Below are positions 51,784 to 61,273 of a stretch of 64,000 nucleotides of DNA, piece by piece. A program made the position numbers and the translations under genes. This stretch comes from Chlorobiota bacterium. Lineage in GTDB: Bacteria > Bacteroidota > Ignavibacteria > Kapaibacteriales > NICIL-2. Each line of letters opens with the position of its first letter. Position 1 is the stretch's first letter. The stretch is from assembly GCA_044224515.1 (NCBI GenBank), contig JBGAKH010000012.1:12363-76362 (forward strand). The letters are read 5' to 3'. The notes under the pieces were generated by a model, which was not told where the DNA came from, did no database searches, and saw nothing but the letters and a program-made list of their open reading frames with translations.

Positions 51784-51978
51784 TTAGAATTTGGTGTAGA
51801 TGATGTTCATTCCTTTTTGCATCACCACGTCCACCGCAAAGACGAAGACCGAAATCAAGATACAGGTGACTGCAACAACGATCGTTGATTCACGAAGTTG
51901 CTCACGAGTCGGCCACGATACCTTCTTCATCTCCTTGGAGACTTCGTTGAAAAAGGATTTGATTGCTTCGATTGCCAT
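51784..51978 (-). CDS. secE: Preprotein translocase SecE
   Basis: EMKKVSWPTREQL motif plus one TM; start MAIEA (51978). Confidence 0.95.
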   Translation of the reverse strand: MAIEAIKSFFNEVSKEMKKVSWPTREQLRESTIVVAVTCILISVFVFAVDVVMQKGMNIIYTKF

Positions 51979-52005
51979 AACGAATCTAATGTTTAATGTA
52001 TGGAG

Positions 52006-52078
52006 CAGGGGCGGCAGGAATCGAACCCGCAACCAACGGTTTTGGAGACCGCTACTCTACCAGTTGAGCTACACCCCT
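52006..52078 (-). tRNA. tRNA-Trp (CCA)
   Basis: Acceptor AGGGGTG/CGCCCCT, anticodon loop CT CCA AA, T-loop TTCGATT. Confidence 0.96.
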
Positions 52079-52085
52079 AATCTCG

Positions 52086-52158
<73 letters not shown>

Positions 52159-52169
52159 AAACTCGATTG

Positions 52170-52241
52170 AGCGGGAAACGGGGATTGAACCCGCGACCCT
52201 CAGTTTGGGAAACTGATGCTCTACCACTGAGCTACTCCCGC
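52170..52241 (-). tRNA. tRNA-Gly (CCC)
   Basis: Acceptor GCGGGAG/TTCCCGC, anticodon arm TCAGT-TT CCC AA-ACTGA. Confidence 0.95.
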
Positions 52242-52505
52242 AATACCGGCGAAACGACTGTCGTACGACTGCCTGCTTTCTCGCTGTTTCCCTAATCTGT
52301 GCTTTACCAACTTGACGATACTAACGTGACTAACGTGTCCTTAGCAGTTTATCACCGAGCTCTGACTACCGCTACGAAGTGTACAACTCCATCGCTCTTG
52401 CCGCCTCTTGTGTTTCAACTCGCGACTAAATCTCTTCTTGGTACTGAAGAGTTCAGCCGACTTCTTCAACAAAGCCAACAGTTCCCTGCTGAGCTTCGCT
52501 TCCTG

Positions 52506-52577
52506 AGCGGGAGACGAGGCTCGAACTCGCGACCAACAGCTTGGAAGGCTGTGACTCTACCACTGAGTTACTCCCGC
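52506..52577 (-). tRNA. tRNA-Gly (TCC)
   Basis: Acceptor GCGGGAG/CTCCCGC, anticodon arm ACAGC-CT TCC AA-GCTGT. Confidence 0.96.
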
Positions 52578-52694
52578 AGGTGATCTCGCATCTACGACAC
52601 AAGACTCTACATTTTTCGCTTTCAACGATCCCGGAAAAACGAAGACTCTCCGCAGTCCGGAATCCTTTGGAGATCCGCATGCAGAGAGTTCCAG

Positions 52695-52776
52695 TGGGCA
52701 GGGACGGATTCGAACCGCCGAAGTCGAAGACAGCAGATTTACAGTCTGCCCCTGTTGGCCACTTAGGTACCTGCCC
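52695..52776 (-). tRNA. tRNA-Tyr (GTA)
   Basis: Acceptor GGGCAGG/CCTGCCC, anticodon arm GCAGA-CT GTA AA-TCTGC, long variable arm. Confidence 0.96.
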
Positions 52777-52792
52777 TGGATATTAGCCCGCT

Positions 52793-52820
52793 AAAATAGC
52801 GCAAAGAAGGAATTTGGCAA
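52793..52820 (-). promoter_or_regulatory. Candidate housekeeping promoter of the tRNA-secE operon
   Basis: Minus strand TTGCCA-N16-TATTTT ending 16 nt before tRNA-Tyr. Confidence 0.5.
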
Positions 52821-52849
52821 GCGAAAAAATGCTCCGGCTGTGGAAAAAA

Positions 52850-53983
52850 TTAGCCGCGAGCCCTCTGCATCAGGTCGCAAAAGTCCTCAAAAAGGTAGTC
52901 CGAATCATGAGGACCGGGTGAACTTTCCGGGTGGTACTGAACGCAAAACACGGGTAACTCACGGTGCCGAAATCCACTTAGTGTTTGGTCGTTGAGGTTG
53001 ATGTGGGTGGCTTCCAACTGCTCGGGTAAGCTATCACGATCGACAGCAAATCCGTGGTTCTGGGAGCTAATTTCGATTTTTCCGTTGCGTAAATTCTTCA
53101 CAGGATGGTTGGCGCCGCGGTGTCCGAATTTGAGCTTGTAGGTCTTGGCACCAAAGGCCAATCCCAGAATCTGATGTCCCAAACAAATGCCAAAAACCGG
53201 CTTCTTGCTCTCAATCAAGGCTTTTGCACTCTCAATGCCATAGTGCACAGCGGATGGATCGCCGGGTCCGTTCGATAAAAAGAAGCCTTCGGCACCGCTA
53301 TTTAACAAAACTTCAGCGGGAGTGTCCGCCGGGAAGACCTGCACGTCACAACCATAATGATGCAAACGACGCAAAATGTTGGTTTTAATGCCAAAGTCCA
53401 GCGCGGCGACTTTATAGCGCTTTTCCCTTTGACGCGGCTCCTGAAGCAAATCTCCGTCTACACGGGAATCTTGGTAGGTGTATGATTGCGTACTGCTTAC
53501 GAGCGGACACAAATCCAAGCCATTCATGGACGGTAAAGCACGCACTCGAGCAAGCAACTGCGCTTCGTCTTCCGTTGTGCAACTCACGATGCAGCGCATC
53601 GCGCCTTCGCTGCGCAATACCCGAACCAGACGCCTGGTGTCAATCCCTTCAATTCCGATCTTGCCCACGTGTTGCAAGTACTCAGCCAATGATTGTGTCG
53701 CTCTCCAGTTTGAATAGTTCTTCGAGTACTCTACAACAACAAGTCCTTCTGCCTGCATTCCCGATGACTCAAAGTCATGCGGATTGATGCCGTAATTGCC
53801 AATATGTGGGTAGGTGAAGGTGACGATTTGTCCTTTGTAGCTGGGATCGCTCAAAATCTCCTGATATCCGCTCATCGCAGTATTAAAGACGATTTCTCCC
53901 TTCGCCTCAACTGTGTGATCGCCAAAGGCGGTTCCTCGGAATATCATTCCGTTTTCAAGTGCTAAAACAGCGGGTGTGTGCAT
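52850..53983 (-). CDS. carA: Carbamoyl-phosphate synthase small subunit
   Basis: GEIVFNTAMSGYQE, SNGPGDP, FGICLGHQ, QYHPESSPGPHD; start MHTPA (53983). Confidence 0.97.
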   Translation of the reverse strand: MHTPAVLALENGMIFRGTAFGDHTVEAKGEIVFNTAMSGYQEILSDPSYKGQIVTFTYPHIGNYGINPHDFESSGMQAEGLVVVEYSKNYSNWRATQSLAEYLQHVGKIGIEGIDTRRLVRVLRSEGAMRCIVSCTTEDEAQLLARVRALPSMNGLDLCPLVSSTQSYTYQDSRVDGDLLQEPRQREKRYKVAALDFGIKTNILRRLHHYGCDVQVFPADTPAEVLLNSGAEGFFLSNGPGDPSAVHYGIESAKALIESKKPVFGICLGHQILGLAFGAKTYKLKFGHRGANHPVKNLRNGKIEISSQNHGFAVDRDSLPEQLEATHINLNDQTLSGFRHRELPVFCVQYHPESSPGPHDSDYLFEDFCDLMQRARG

Positions 53984-54409
53984 GAACGAGATGTGTCGGT
54001 TGTCAACTGTGCGCAGACGCAAAGATACGAAGAACTCAAGATTCGTCTGTCGTTGACAACTCCGCCAAGCCCGATCCTCCACTTCCCACTACCGTCTTTT
54101 CAGTGTCGGCAGCTCGATACAATTGAACAGAGCTGCGCCCTCCGGCCCCTGCGGCTCTTTCCCTCCGATCCAAACACGAAGTTCTACCCCTGCTCGTCTG
54201 CTCCTGCACGCTATCGTTAGCGCATGCTATCTTCGCCACAGATATCTGCCAGGCTCTACTGCAGATATCGAGATGATCAGATCGAAGGCAGCCTCTCGAG
54301 GAATGAGTCCACAAGCTGTTTAATCATTGAGTCTGTTACCCGCTTGACACTTGAGGTGTCTGAGAAAACGAGCAGTAACACTTCTTCTTTTGTTTCGATC
54401 ATGTTTGCA

Positions 54410-55084
54410 ATGAACTATATGGCACGTCACATTTTGCTCTCGTGTACGTTGATACTCCTCAGCGGGCTGGCTTCCTGCGCTCGTGCACAAGAGACAAATT
54501 CCTCGGTTCCTCCACTACGTACTTCTACTCCACATCCTATGAATCAATCTCTCGACACAGCAACGTTTGGCGCCGGTTGTTTCTGGTGCGTCGAAGCCGT
54601 CTTTCAACAGTTAAACGGAGTGCAGAGTGTTCGCTCCGGCTATGCAGGCGGCACCATTCGTAACCCCTCGTATAAAGAAGTCTGCAGCGGCACGACAGGC
54701 CATGCCGAGGTCTGTCAGATCGTCTACGATGCATCCGTTATCAGCTACGACGAACTCCTCCAAGCCTTTTGGCAGACACATGACCCAACGACAATGAATA
54801 GACAAGGACACGACGTCGGTACGCAATACCGCTCGGTCATCTTCTATCACAATGAGCAACAGCGTGCGCTCGCCGAGAACTACAAGAAGGAATTGAACGA
54901 GCAAAAAGTATGGCCCGATCCAATCGTGACTGAAATAAGCGCTTTTAGCGTATTCTATCCGGCTGAAGATTATCATCAGAATTACTTCAACCAAAACGGT
55001 GACCAACCCTATTGTTCGGTCGTGATAAAACCCAAAGTCGAGAAGTTCCAAAAAGTCTTCAAGGCAAAACTTAAGCAGCACTGA
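54410..55084 (+). CDS. msrA: Peptide-methionine (S)-S-oxide reductase with N-terminal signal/lipoprotein peptide
   Basis: GAGCFWC, SGTTGHAE, HDPT..NRQG.DVGTQYRS, AEDYHQNY; preceded by hydrophobic LILLSGLAS-C. Start could be 54401, 54410 or 54419. Confidence 0.95.
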   Translation: MNYMARHILLSCTLILLSGLASCARAQETNSSVPPLRTSTPHPMNQSLDTATFGAGCFWCVEAVFQQLNGVQSVRSGYAGGTIRNPSYKEVCSGTTGHAEVCQIVYDASVISYDELLQAFWQTHDPTTMNRQGHDVGTQYRSVIFYHNEQQRALAENYKKELNEQKVWPDPIVTEISAFSVFYPAEDYHQNYFNQNGDQPYCSVVIKPKVEKFQKVFKAKLKQH

Positions 55085-55210
55085 TAGGCACCGCAACCAC
55101 GGTCGCTGCATGTGACTCGCCTTCGCAGTATTTTGCACCAAGGCTGTGCCGCAGGCACAGCCTTGACAATAAATCCGTCAGAAGGACACTTCTTCCCAAG
55201 CTTCGCTTCT

Positions 55211-55768
55211 ATGCTCAGACTTCTCAACACGCACAGTCAAGGTCTCCTCTTGCCGCTCTCAATGGCACTCTTCATCGTAGCCTGTGTAGCGCAGATACCG
55301 AGAAGCCAAAACACTGCTAAGAACGCGGAAGCTGAGCGCAACTCGAGCACGTCAACCATGGCAGCCGCGAGAGTCGAGTCGCTCGTACAAGACGACACAG
55401 AAGGAGCAGACTCCACTGCTCTCAAAGGACAAGCTGAGATAGCTATCGTACCTCCGGTGTTGCAACTAACGAAAGACAGCACGTTGTGGCTAAGTTATAA
55501 GGTGAAAGTCTTAAACCGAGGCTCTGCCCCATTGAGTTTAAAAAGTGTCAAGGGTTCGTGCGGATGTGCGTCGGCAACAGTTCTGAAGAACCCCATACAC
55601 CCCATGGATGTCGGTGAGATCTTGTTGAAGATTAACACCACGACCTTGCGCGACAGTTTGAATTTGATTGAATACAGTATCGAGAGCGATGCCCGAGTAT
55701 CACCGCTTATTTATAGAGTCTATGTGCGTCACCCGGGCTTTTCTGCGGCACAGCATCCAAAGAATTAG
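55211..55768 (+). CDS. DUF1573-domain putative lipoprotein
   Basis: Hydrophobic N-terminus ending IVA-C; N.G..PL.LKSV.GSCGCA motif typical of DUF1573. Confidence 0.7.
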   Translation: MLRLLNTHSQGLLLPLSMALFIVACVAQIPRSQNTAKNAEAERNSSTSTMAAARVESLVQDDTEGADSTALKGQAEIAIVPPVLQLTKDSTLWLSYKVKVLNRGSAPLSLKSVKGSCGCASATVLKNPIHPMDVGEILLKINTTTLRDSLNLIEYSIESDARVSPLIYRVYVRHPGFSAAQHPKN

Positions 55769-56021
55769 CATTTTACTAACAGATCGGACGAAGGCACATT
55801 CTGGCAGCTCTTTATCTTTGCGCTGCTTCTGCCGATCTAGTAGAAAGATAGACCCGCACTTCTTGTGTACTCTTTGACTCTGGTGTCTCAAATCGAGATG
55901 CCCGGGTGTGCGATAAGCTACACGCGAAAGCTCGACTATACGTCTGTTCGGCAGTACAACAGCAGGTCTGCACGTCGCGTCAACGACGTTCATCCACTAA
56001 CCACACACTCGTACTTTTTGC

Positions 56022-57638
56022 ATGAAAAAGTTTAGTCTTCGCGCCACTCTCGTTGTCGCAGGTCTTCTTCTCGGCGGCACTGCCATCGGCACCATGATTG
56101 GTCCGCATTTACTCGGCGGCGATAACATCTACGAACAAGTCACCAAGATTAGCCATGTCCTCAATATGGCGTCAAAGAATTACGTCGACGATGTCGACAC
56201 GCAGAAGCTTACCGAAGCTGCTATCAAGGGAATGCTTGGTGAGTTGGATCCTCACTCCGTGTACATCTCTGCCAAAGAAATGCAGAAGGTGACGGAGGAC
56301 TTCAAGGGTAGCTTCGACGGAATCGGCGTTGAGTTCGATGTTGTACATGATACCATCACTATTGTCACGGCTATTAATGGCGGACCTAGTGAAGCCCTCG
56401 GAATCTTAGCCGGTGATAAGATTGTAAAGATCGACGGACAAAGTGCCATCAAGCTTACGCGCGAAGAAGTGCCAAAGAAATTGCGGGGTCCGAAAGGCAC
56501 ACAAGTCACAGTAGAAATCTTGCGCGAAGGCGAGTCCAAGACCTTGGAGTTCACTATCACTCGCGACAAAATTCCTCTGTACTCAGTTTCTGCCGGATTC
56601 ATGATTGAAGGCACCAACACAGGCTTCATCTCTGTTAATCGTTTTGCAGAAACCACCGCCTCCGAAGTGATCGAAGCGGCCCGCCGACTGAAAGCGGAAG
56701 GCATGAAGAAGCTGGTGCTTGATTTGCGCGGCAACCCCGGTGGCTACATGGAACAAGCGACTTTGATTGCAGATCAGTTCCTAGATGGCGGACATAAAAT
56801 CGTCTACACAAAATGTCGCCGTCCTGAATGGGAAGAAACAAAATATTCCGTCAGTGGCGATGAATTTGAAAAGCTCCCACTTATTGTTTTGATCAACGGT
56901 GGCTCTGCGTCGGCAAGTGAAATCGTATCCGGTGCGATCCAAGACTTGGATCGTGGCTTGATTGTAGGCGAGACATCCTTCGGCAAAGGCTTGGTCCAAA
57001 AGCAATTTGATTTGGGCGATGGCTCGGCGTTCCGTTTGACAATATCGCGCTACTACACCCCGTCGGGTCGTACGATTCAGCGCGACTATAAAGACAAAAA
57101 CAAGTACTATCAAGGTGTAGGACGCGAGGAAGGCGAAGAGGGTGATAACATAGCTCACAGCGTTGACTCAAAAGACACCAATCGTCCGCTCTTTAAAACT
57201 GTCGGTGGACGCAAAGTATTCGGCGGTGGGGGCATCACGCCGGATTACATCGTGAAACCGGATACCATCAACATGCTGAGTCGCAAACTCCGCGCAAAAA
57301 ACGTGTTCGCCGAGTATGTGGTGAGTACGTACATGAAGGATCACGGTCCAAGCCTACGCACAAAGTATAGCTCCATGCAACAATTCGTTCGCGATTTCAC
57401 GGTTGACAAACAAATGATCAACGGCATTAAAGAACTCGCTAAAGCCAAAGGCGTTGAGTGGAACGACAAAGAGTACGAGCAAGATGAAGACTTTATCCTT
57501 ACAGAGCTCAAAGGACGCGTTGCCTACGGCATCTGGGGTACAAACGGTTTTACCGCATGCTATGTAAAGTCAGACAAACAGCTGCAAAAAGCGCTGAGTC
57601 TCTTTCCGGAAGCAATGCGAATCGCTCATCTGAACTAA
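56022..57638 (+). CDS. ctpA: Carboxy-terminal processing protease (S41A, CtpA/Prc-like)
   Basis: LDPHSVY, PDZ GIGVEF, DLRGNPGG, SASASEIVSGA, FGKGLVQ, RYYTPSGR. Confidence 0.93.
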   Translation: MKKFSLRATLVVAGLLLGGTAIGTMIGPHLLGGDNIYEQVTKISHVLNMASKNYVDDVDTQKLTEAAIKGMLGELDPHSVYISAKEMQKVTEDFKGSFDGIGVEFDVVHDTITIVTAINGGPSEALGILAGDKIVKIDGQSAIKLTREEVPKKLRGPKGTQVTVEILREGESKTLEFTITRDKIPLYSVSAGFMIEGTNTGFISVNRFAETTASEVIEAARRLKAEGMKKLVLDLRGNPGGYMEQATLIADQFLDGGHKIVYTKCRRPEWEETKYSVSGDEFEKLPLIVLINGGSASASEIVSGAIQDLDRGLIVGETSFGKGLVQKQFDLGDGSAFRLTISRYYTPSGRTIQRDYKDKNKYYQGVGREEGEEGDNIAHSVDSKDTNRPLFKTVGGRKVFGGGGITPDYIVKPDTINMLSRKLRAKNVFAEYVVSTYMKDHGPSLRTKYSSMQQFVRDFTVDKQMINGIKELAKAKGVEWNDKEYEQDEDFILTELKGRVAYGIWGTNGFTACYVKSDKQLQKALSLFPEAMRIAHLN

Positions 57639-57664
57639 TACTCGATTCCAATCGCAGAAACAAC

Positions 57665-57700
57665 AGCGTCTTCCTCTCCTCGAGCAAGGCGCTTTTTTTT
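57665..57700 (+). terminator. Candidate terminator after ctpA
   Basis: AGCGTCTT-N13-AAGGCGCT followed by a T-run. Confidence 0.55.
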
Positions 57701-58171
57701 GATCAACCTTCTAGTATAAATAAGTCAGCTGTTTGTATTGAAGCAGTATTAGCTAACTGCACACCATACTGTGGCCCATCTTCAAAACTCTCCATACTCC
57801 ATTCGGCACATCAAGAGTGACCGGAACAGTTTCGCATGCTAAGCTCAACTAGGCGTGCACGTTGTTTACACTTCAACACACTACATCTTGGAATCACGCA
57901 CTTGGTCCAAACAACCAATCGGACATTGCTGACTACACTGTTCTTAGTACCAATGAACACGACAATGATAGGTTTGAAACGTGTCGGACCTAGAAGCAAT
58001 GCGCTGCGCACGACAATCACAGAAACTCTCACGAGTAACGCAAAGCGTATTCGATGATCAGCTGCTACGCGGTCGCGTGATTTTCAGATCGATAACCTTC
58101 GATCGATGACGAGAGCGTGCAACACGTTACCTAGGGCATTCAGCTAGGGCTGACACGCGTGGAATTACAAT

Positions 58172-58206
58172 AAAAAAGCCTTCTTCAGCTGAGTGAAAGA
58201 AGGCTT
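58172..58206 (-). terminator. Intrinsic terminator after the anti-sigma gene
   Basis: Minus strand AAGCCTTCTT...AAGAAGGCTT followed by TTTT. Confidence 0.8.
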
Positions 58207-58233
58207 AGTAGACGGACAGACAAAAAGCAATTG

Positions 58234-59598
58234 TTACCAGTTATACCCGAGACCTATTACAAATGAAATCTTCGTGTCTTTTGGTCCAATGCCACTGCTT
58301 TGCGTTTGATACCAAAAGGTTTCGAATGCCATGCCGGTGTTGAGTTGAAGGAATGCGACCGGGAAACTGAGTCCCACACTGCCATTCAACAAACCAAGTG
58401 TAGCTCCGGAATTCCAACTGAGACCGCTTCCAACTTTGGCAAAACCTTGTGCGCCAAGCATAAACTCCTCAGCGCTGATACGTTGGTATTCTATTGTCCA
58501 ACAACTCAATTTCGGGTTCTGCAAAGCCTCGCCTGATTTTGTAATATTCGAAATTGCATAGCGTCCACTCGTAAAGCCTGCTCCAATCGAAGCGTTCTCG
58601 TTGAGGTTGTAATACACGCTTAAAGAAGGTTCGGCGACGAAAGCGATATTCGAGTTGCCCGGCACAACACCTTGCACGCTAGCCGATGCAAGACGATTTA
58701 ACTGCAACGTGAAGTCACTCGTCTTTCCCGCATTAAACGGACTCACCGGTACGTTAACCATACTCAGTTTCTTTGAGTACGAAGTGTTCTCATACGCTGA
58801 AACGTTTTGAATAACTGCCGGAGGTGGTGCCCATGGCTCGTTGATCCCTTCGCTTTGACTTACATCGTTTGCACCGGCATTCATGTTCTCAACGTTAACC
58901 TTAGGAGCTGCCTGCTGGGCCACTGTTTTCGATGCCGCGGAATTCATCTCGTTTGGTATCGCGATGGACTTGCTTCGAGCGGCACCGGCAGTACTAACAT
59001 GGCTCGCTGCACGATAGCGTGCACGATCGGACTCGACAGTTGAAGAACTATACGTTGAGTTTGCAGCGCCGGCAGATGCCGGTGAAGCAAAAGCTGAAAC
59101 ACCATTTGATGCTTGATATGAATTCTGATTTGAGATCGTATTGGATGCGGATGCACTCGATGTTTGTGTCGCAGATTGTTCGGCAGTCTTGTTTCGCAGT
59201 TCAGACGAAGATTGTTCCGTACGAGCGCGGTCGGTGTTTCCGGTGTTTGAAATCCAGTTCATGGCGAAAAATGTCACCGCAGAACCAAGAAGCAGCGATC
59301 CAACCGGTAAGGCAGCTTTGCGCAGCCACATCATAAGTCCACCACCCAATGCACCAACACCAAGCGCTTTGGGCAAAACGCCGGCATCCTGCATGACACG
59401 GGTCGTCAGGTACAATGGTGGCTTCGCGTTCGAACGCTCATGTTCGAATGCACGACGCATGGACAGAGCTTCGCTGAACTCTTGCTGGAGCTCAGGATCT
59501 GAAGCAAGCGCAGCGAACATCGTTGTTTGCTGCATCGTATCCGCCTCTCCATCTAAGTAGAGGTAGATAAGATCTGCCGGTGTAAAGTTTTCAGTCAT
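58234..59598 (-). CDS. Putative dual-membrane-spanning anti-sigma factor (anti-sigma head, TM helix, disordered tether, C-terminal beta-barrel)
   Basis: Start MTENF (59598), 454 aa, 19 nt after the ECF stop; LIYLYLDGE...ELQQEF head; hydrophobic segment ~aa 97-116; S/A/T/N/Q-rich aa ~117-293; alternating beta-strand C-terminus ending FVIGLGYNW. Confidence 0.7.
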   Translation of the reverse strand: MTENFTPADLIYLYLDGEADTMQQTTMFAALASDPELQQEFSEALSMRRAFEHERSNAKPPLYLTTRVMQDAGVLPKALGVGALGGGLMMWLRKAALPVGSLLLGSAVTFFAMNWISNTGNTDRARTEQSSSELRNKTAEQSATQTSSASASNTISNQNSYQASNGVSAFASPASAGAANSTYSSSTVESDRARYRAASHVSTAGAARSKSIAIPNEMNSAASKTVAQQAAPKVNVENMNAGANDVSQSEGINEPWAPPPAVIQNVSAYENTSYSKKLSMVNVPVSPFNAGKTSDFTLQLNRLASASVQGVVPGNSNIAFVAEPSLSVYYNLNENASIGAGFTSGRYAISNITKSGEALQNPKLSCWTIEYQRISAEEFMLGAQGFAKVGSGLSWNSGATLGLLNGSVGLSFPVAFLQLNTGMAFETFWYQTQSSGIGPKDTKISFVIGLGYNW

Positions 59599-59617
59599 GG
59601 ACCTATGATCCTGAAGT

Positions 59618-60190
59618 TTATTTTCTATAATCCATCCAATACTGTTCCAGTGACTCTCGCAGCTTGCGCTTGGCACGTACAATCCAGTTACGAACCGTCG
59701 TCATTGGGACATTCATTAAGTCGGCGATTTCTTGATACGACATATCCTCGTAGGCTTGTAGAATCAAGGCTTCTCGCTGATCGTCAGGCAATACGTCGAG
59801 GGCCATGCTCAACAACTTCGACAACTCAGCCTGCTCCAACGCGCTGGTCTCGGCGGGGGCTGCCATGAAGTGTTCGTTGAACATTACCTCCGAGTGATTC
59901 TGTGTTCGCTGACGCATGCGCAGGCACACGTTACGAGCAATGCGAATAAGGAAAGCAGGAAGATTTGTCATCTCCTTTTCCGGACTCGCCGATTTTAAAA
60001 AGAGTGCATAGGTTTCTTGAAAGGCATCATCGGCTGCATGAACAGAGCCCAGGATTTTGCGACAATACATGAAGATCCGATTCGATGTACGATCGTAAAT
60101 CTCCTGGAATGCCGCATCTTTCTCGCTCTTTGATCCAAAGAGTAAGGCGTAGAGTTCGGCCTCCGTATATGTGCTATAATCTTGCGCCAT
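59618..60190 (-). CDS. ECF-type RNA polymerase sigma factor
   Basis: Region 2 AFQEIYDR...ADDAFQETY...FLIRIARN; region 4 LPDDQREALIL...MSYQEIADLM.VP..TVRNWI.RAKRKL; start MAQDY (60190). Confidence 0.93.
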   Translation of the reverse strand: MAQDYSTYTEAELYALLFGSKSEKDAAFQEIYDRTSNRIFMYCRKILGSVHAADDAFQETYALFLKSASPEKEMTNLPAFLIRIARNVCLRMRQRTQNHSEVMFNEHFMAAPAETSALEQAELSKLLSMALDVLPDDQREALILQAYEDMSYQEIADLMNVPMTTVRNWIVRAKRKLRESLEQYWMDYRK

Positions 60191-60635
60191 GAAGCGTTTC
60201 GGAAGAACACTGTTGCACAACTCACCGGCTATGTAGACAATAATCAGCACCTCGGACTTCTGTTTCACCCAAGGGACTCTTTTTTCCACATGATGACTTT
60301 GTAACTCAAAATAGGCTAAAAAACGACCTATAATCGATCTAAATCCACTCTAAGAGCCTGTCCATTAAAAAATCTCTGCCTAAAGAAGCTAAATCTGCAG
60401 CGACTCAGACGCTTAAAAACCTTCCATTCGCCCACTAGGAGTCCCACTACTACGAAGCCGGACCTAAGCATGTTCTCGTTGTCGCTTTAATACAAGGGCA
60501 CACCACTCGCAGCGTCGTGTAGTCAATTCGTAGGGTTGATGAGACAGCCAGCATCAATTTTTGGCGAGAAAGGCCGATACACTGGAAAAGAGTAGGCACT
60601 ATTGGCACGAATTACGACGACGAAGGAGTTTGCGT

Positions 60636-61271
60636 ATGAATCCCGAACATCGAGATCCGGAAAACGAAAGAGATATTCGACTGAAAACCATGCTGGTGAT
60701 GACCGGGATGGACCACTTAGTCACTGCTATGGAACAGCAGCGAACGGCTCTGGAACAGTCTGACAATCCGGAAAGTGCTGCAGCTCAGCAAATGCGCGAA
60801 CAATTGGATCAAGATTTCATCAGTCTGTTCAATGGCCTATTGGAAAAATTCAACGCGATTGATGACAAACTGCGCTCTATTCAGACTGCGCACTTCGCAC
60901 TTCAACATTCGTGCAGCTCTGCAACCGAAGTTGCTCAAACGGCACTACGCAATGTTCAACGCGGCAATCCTTATTTGTCGAAGATCGACGACATCTTGAG
61001 CTACCACTCAGAGCTCGACACCACGGAAGCCATTATCAACTCAGCCACCGATATGATAAAGGTGGCGCGACGTGACACAGAACATGTTCTGAGTTCACTA
61101 CGCTTCCCTACTCGCACAGACCATAAGCATCAGTCTACAACGAATGCGGACGCTCCGCTCGTTCACCACACAACGCAGAACACATCTTCGGGTGATCATT
61201 CAGAACATCGGCATTCGAACGACAGCTATTCCGAAACTCATCACCTTAGTCCGGCTCTATTAGGAGTGTAA
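60636..61271 (+). CDS. Hypothetical helical/coiled-coil protein with His-rich tail
   Basis: SD AAGGAG 7 nt before ATG 60636; helical heptad-like core; C-terminal H/S/T-rich tail. No family recognised. Confidence 0.6.
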   Translation: MNPEHRDPENERDIRLKTMLVMTGMDHLVTAMEQQRTALEQSDNPESAAAQQMREQLDQDFISLFNGLLEKFNAIDDKLRSIQTAHFALQHSCSSATEVAQTALRNVQRGNPYLSKIDDILSYHSELDTTEAIINSATDMIKVARRDTEHVLSSLRFPTRTDHKHQSTTNADAPLVHHTTQNTSSGDHSEHRHSNDSYSETHHLSPALLGV

Positions 61272-61273
61272 GT

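Noticed and set aside
52320-52337. ACTAACGTG x2 tandem repeat in the tRNA spacer
   Set aside because: Only two short copies; compatible with chance or local slippage.
57805-57850. SAM-I-like ATCAAGAG
   Set aside because: No GAGGGA/GGCCC/GGCAACC elements follow, and no downstream Met/SAM gene.
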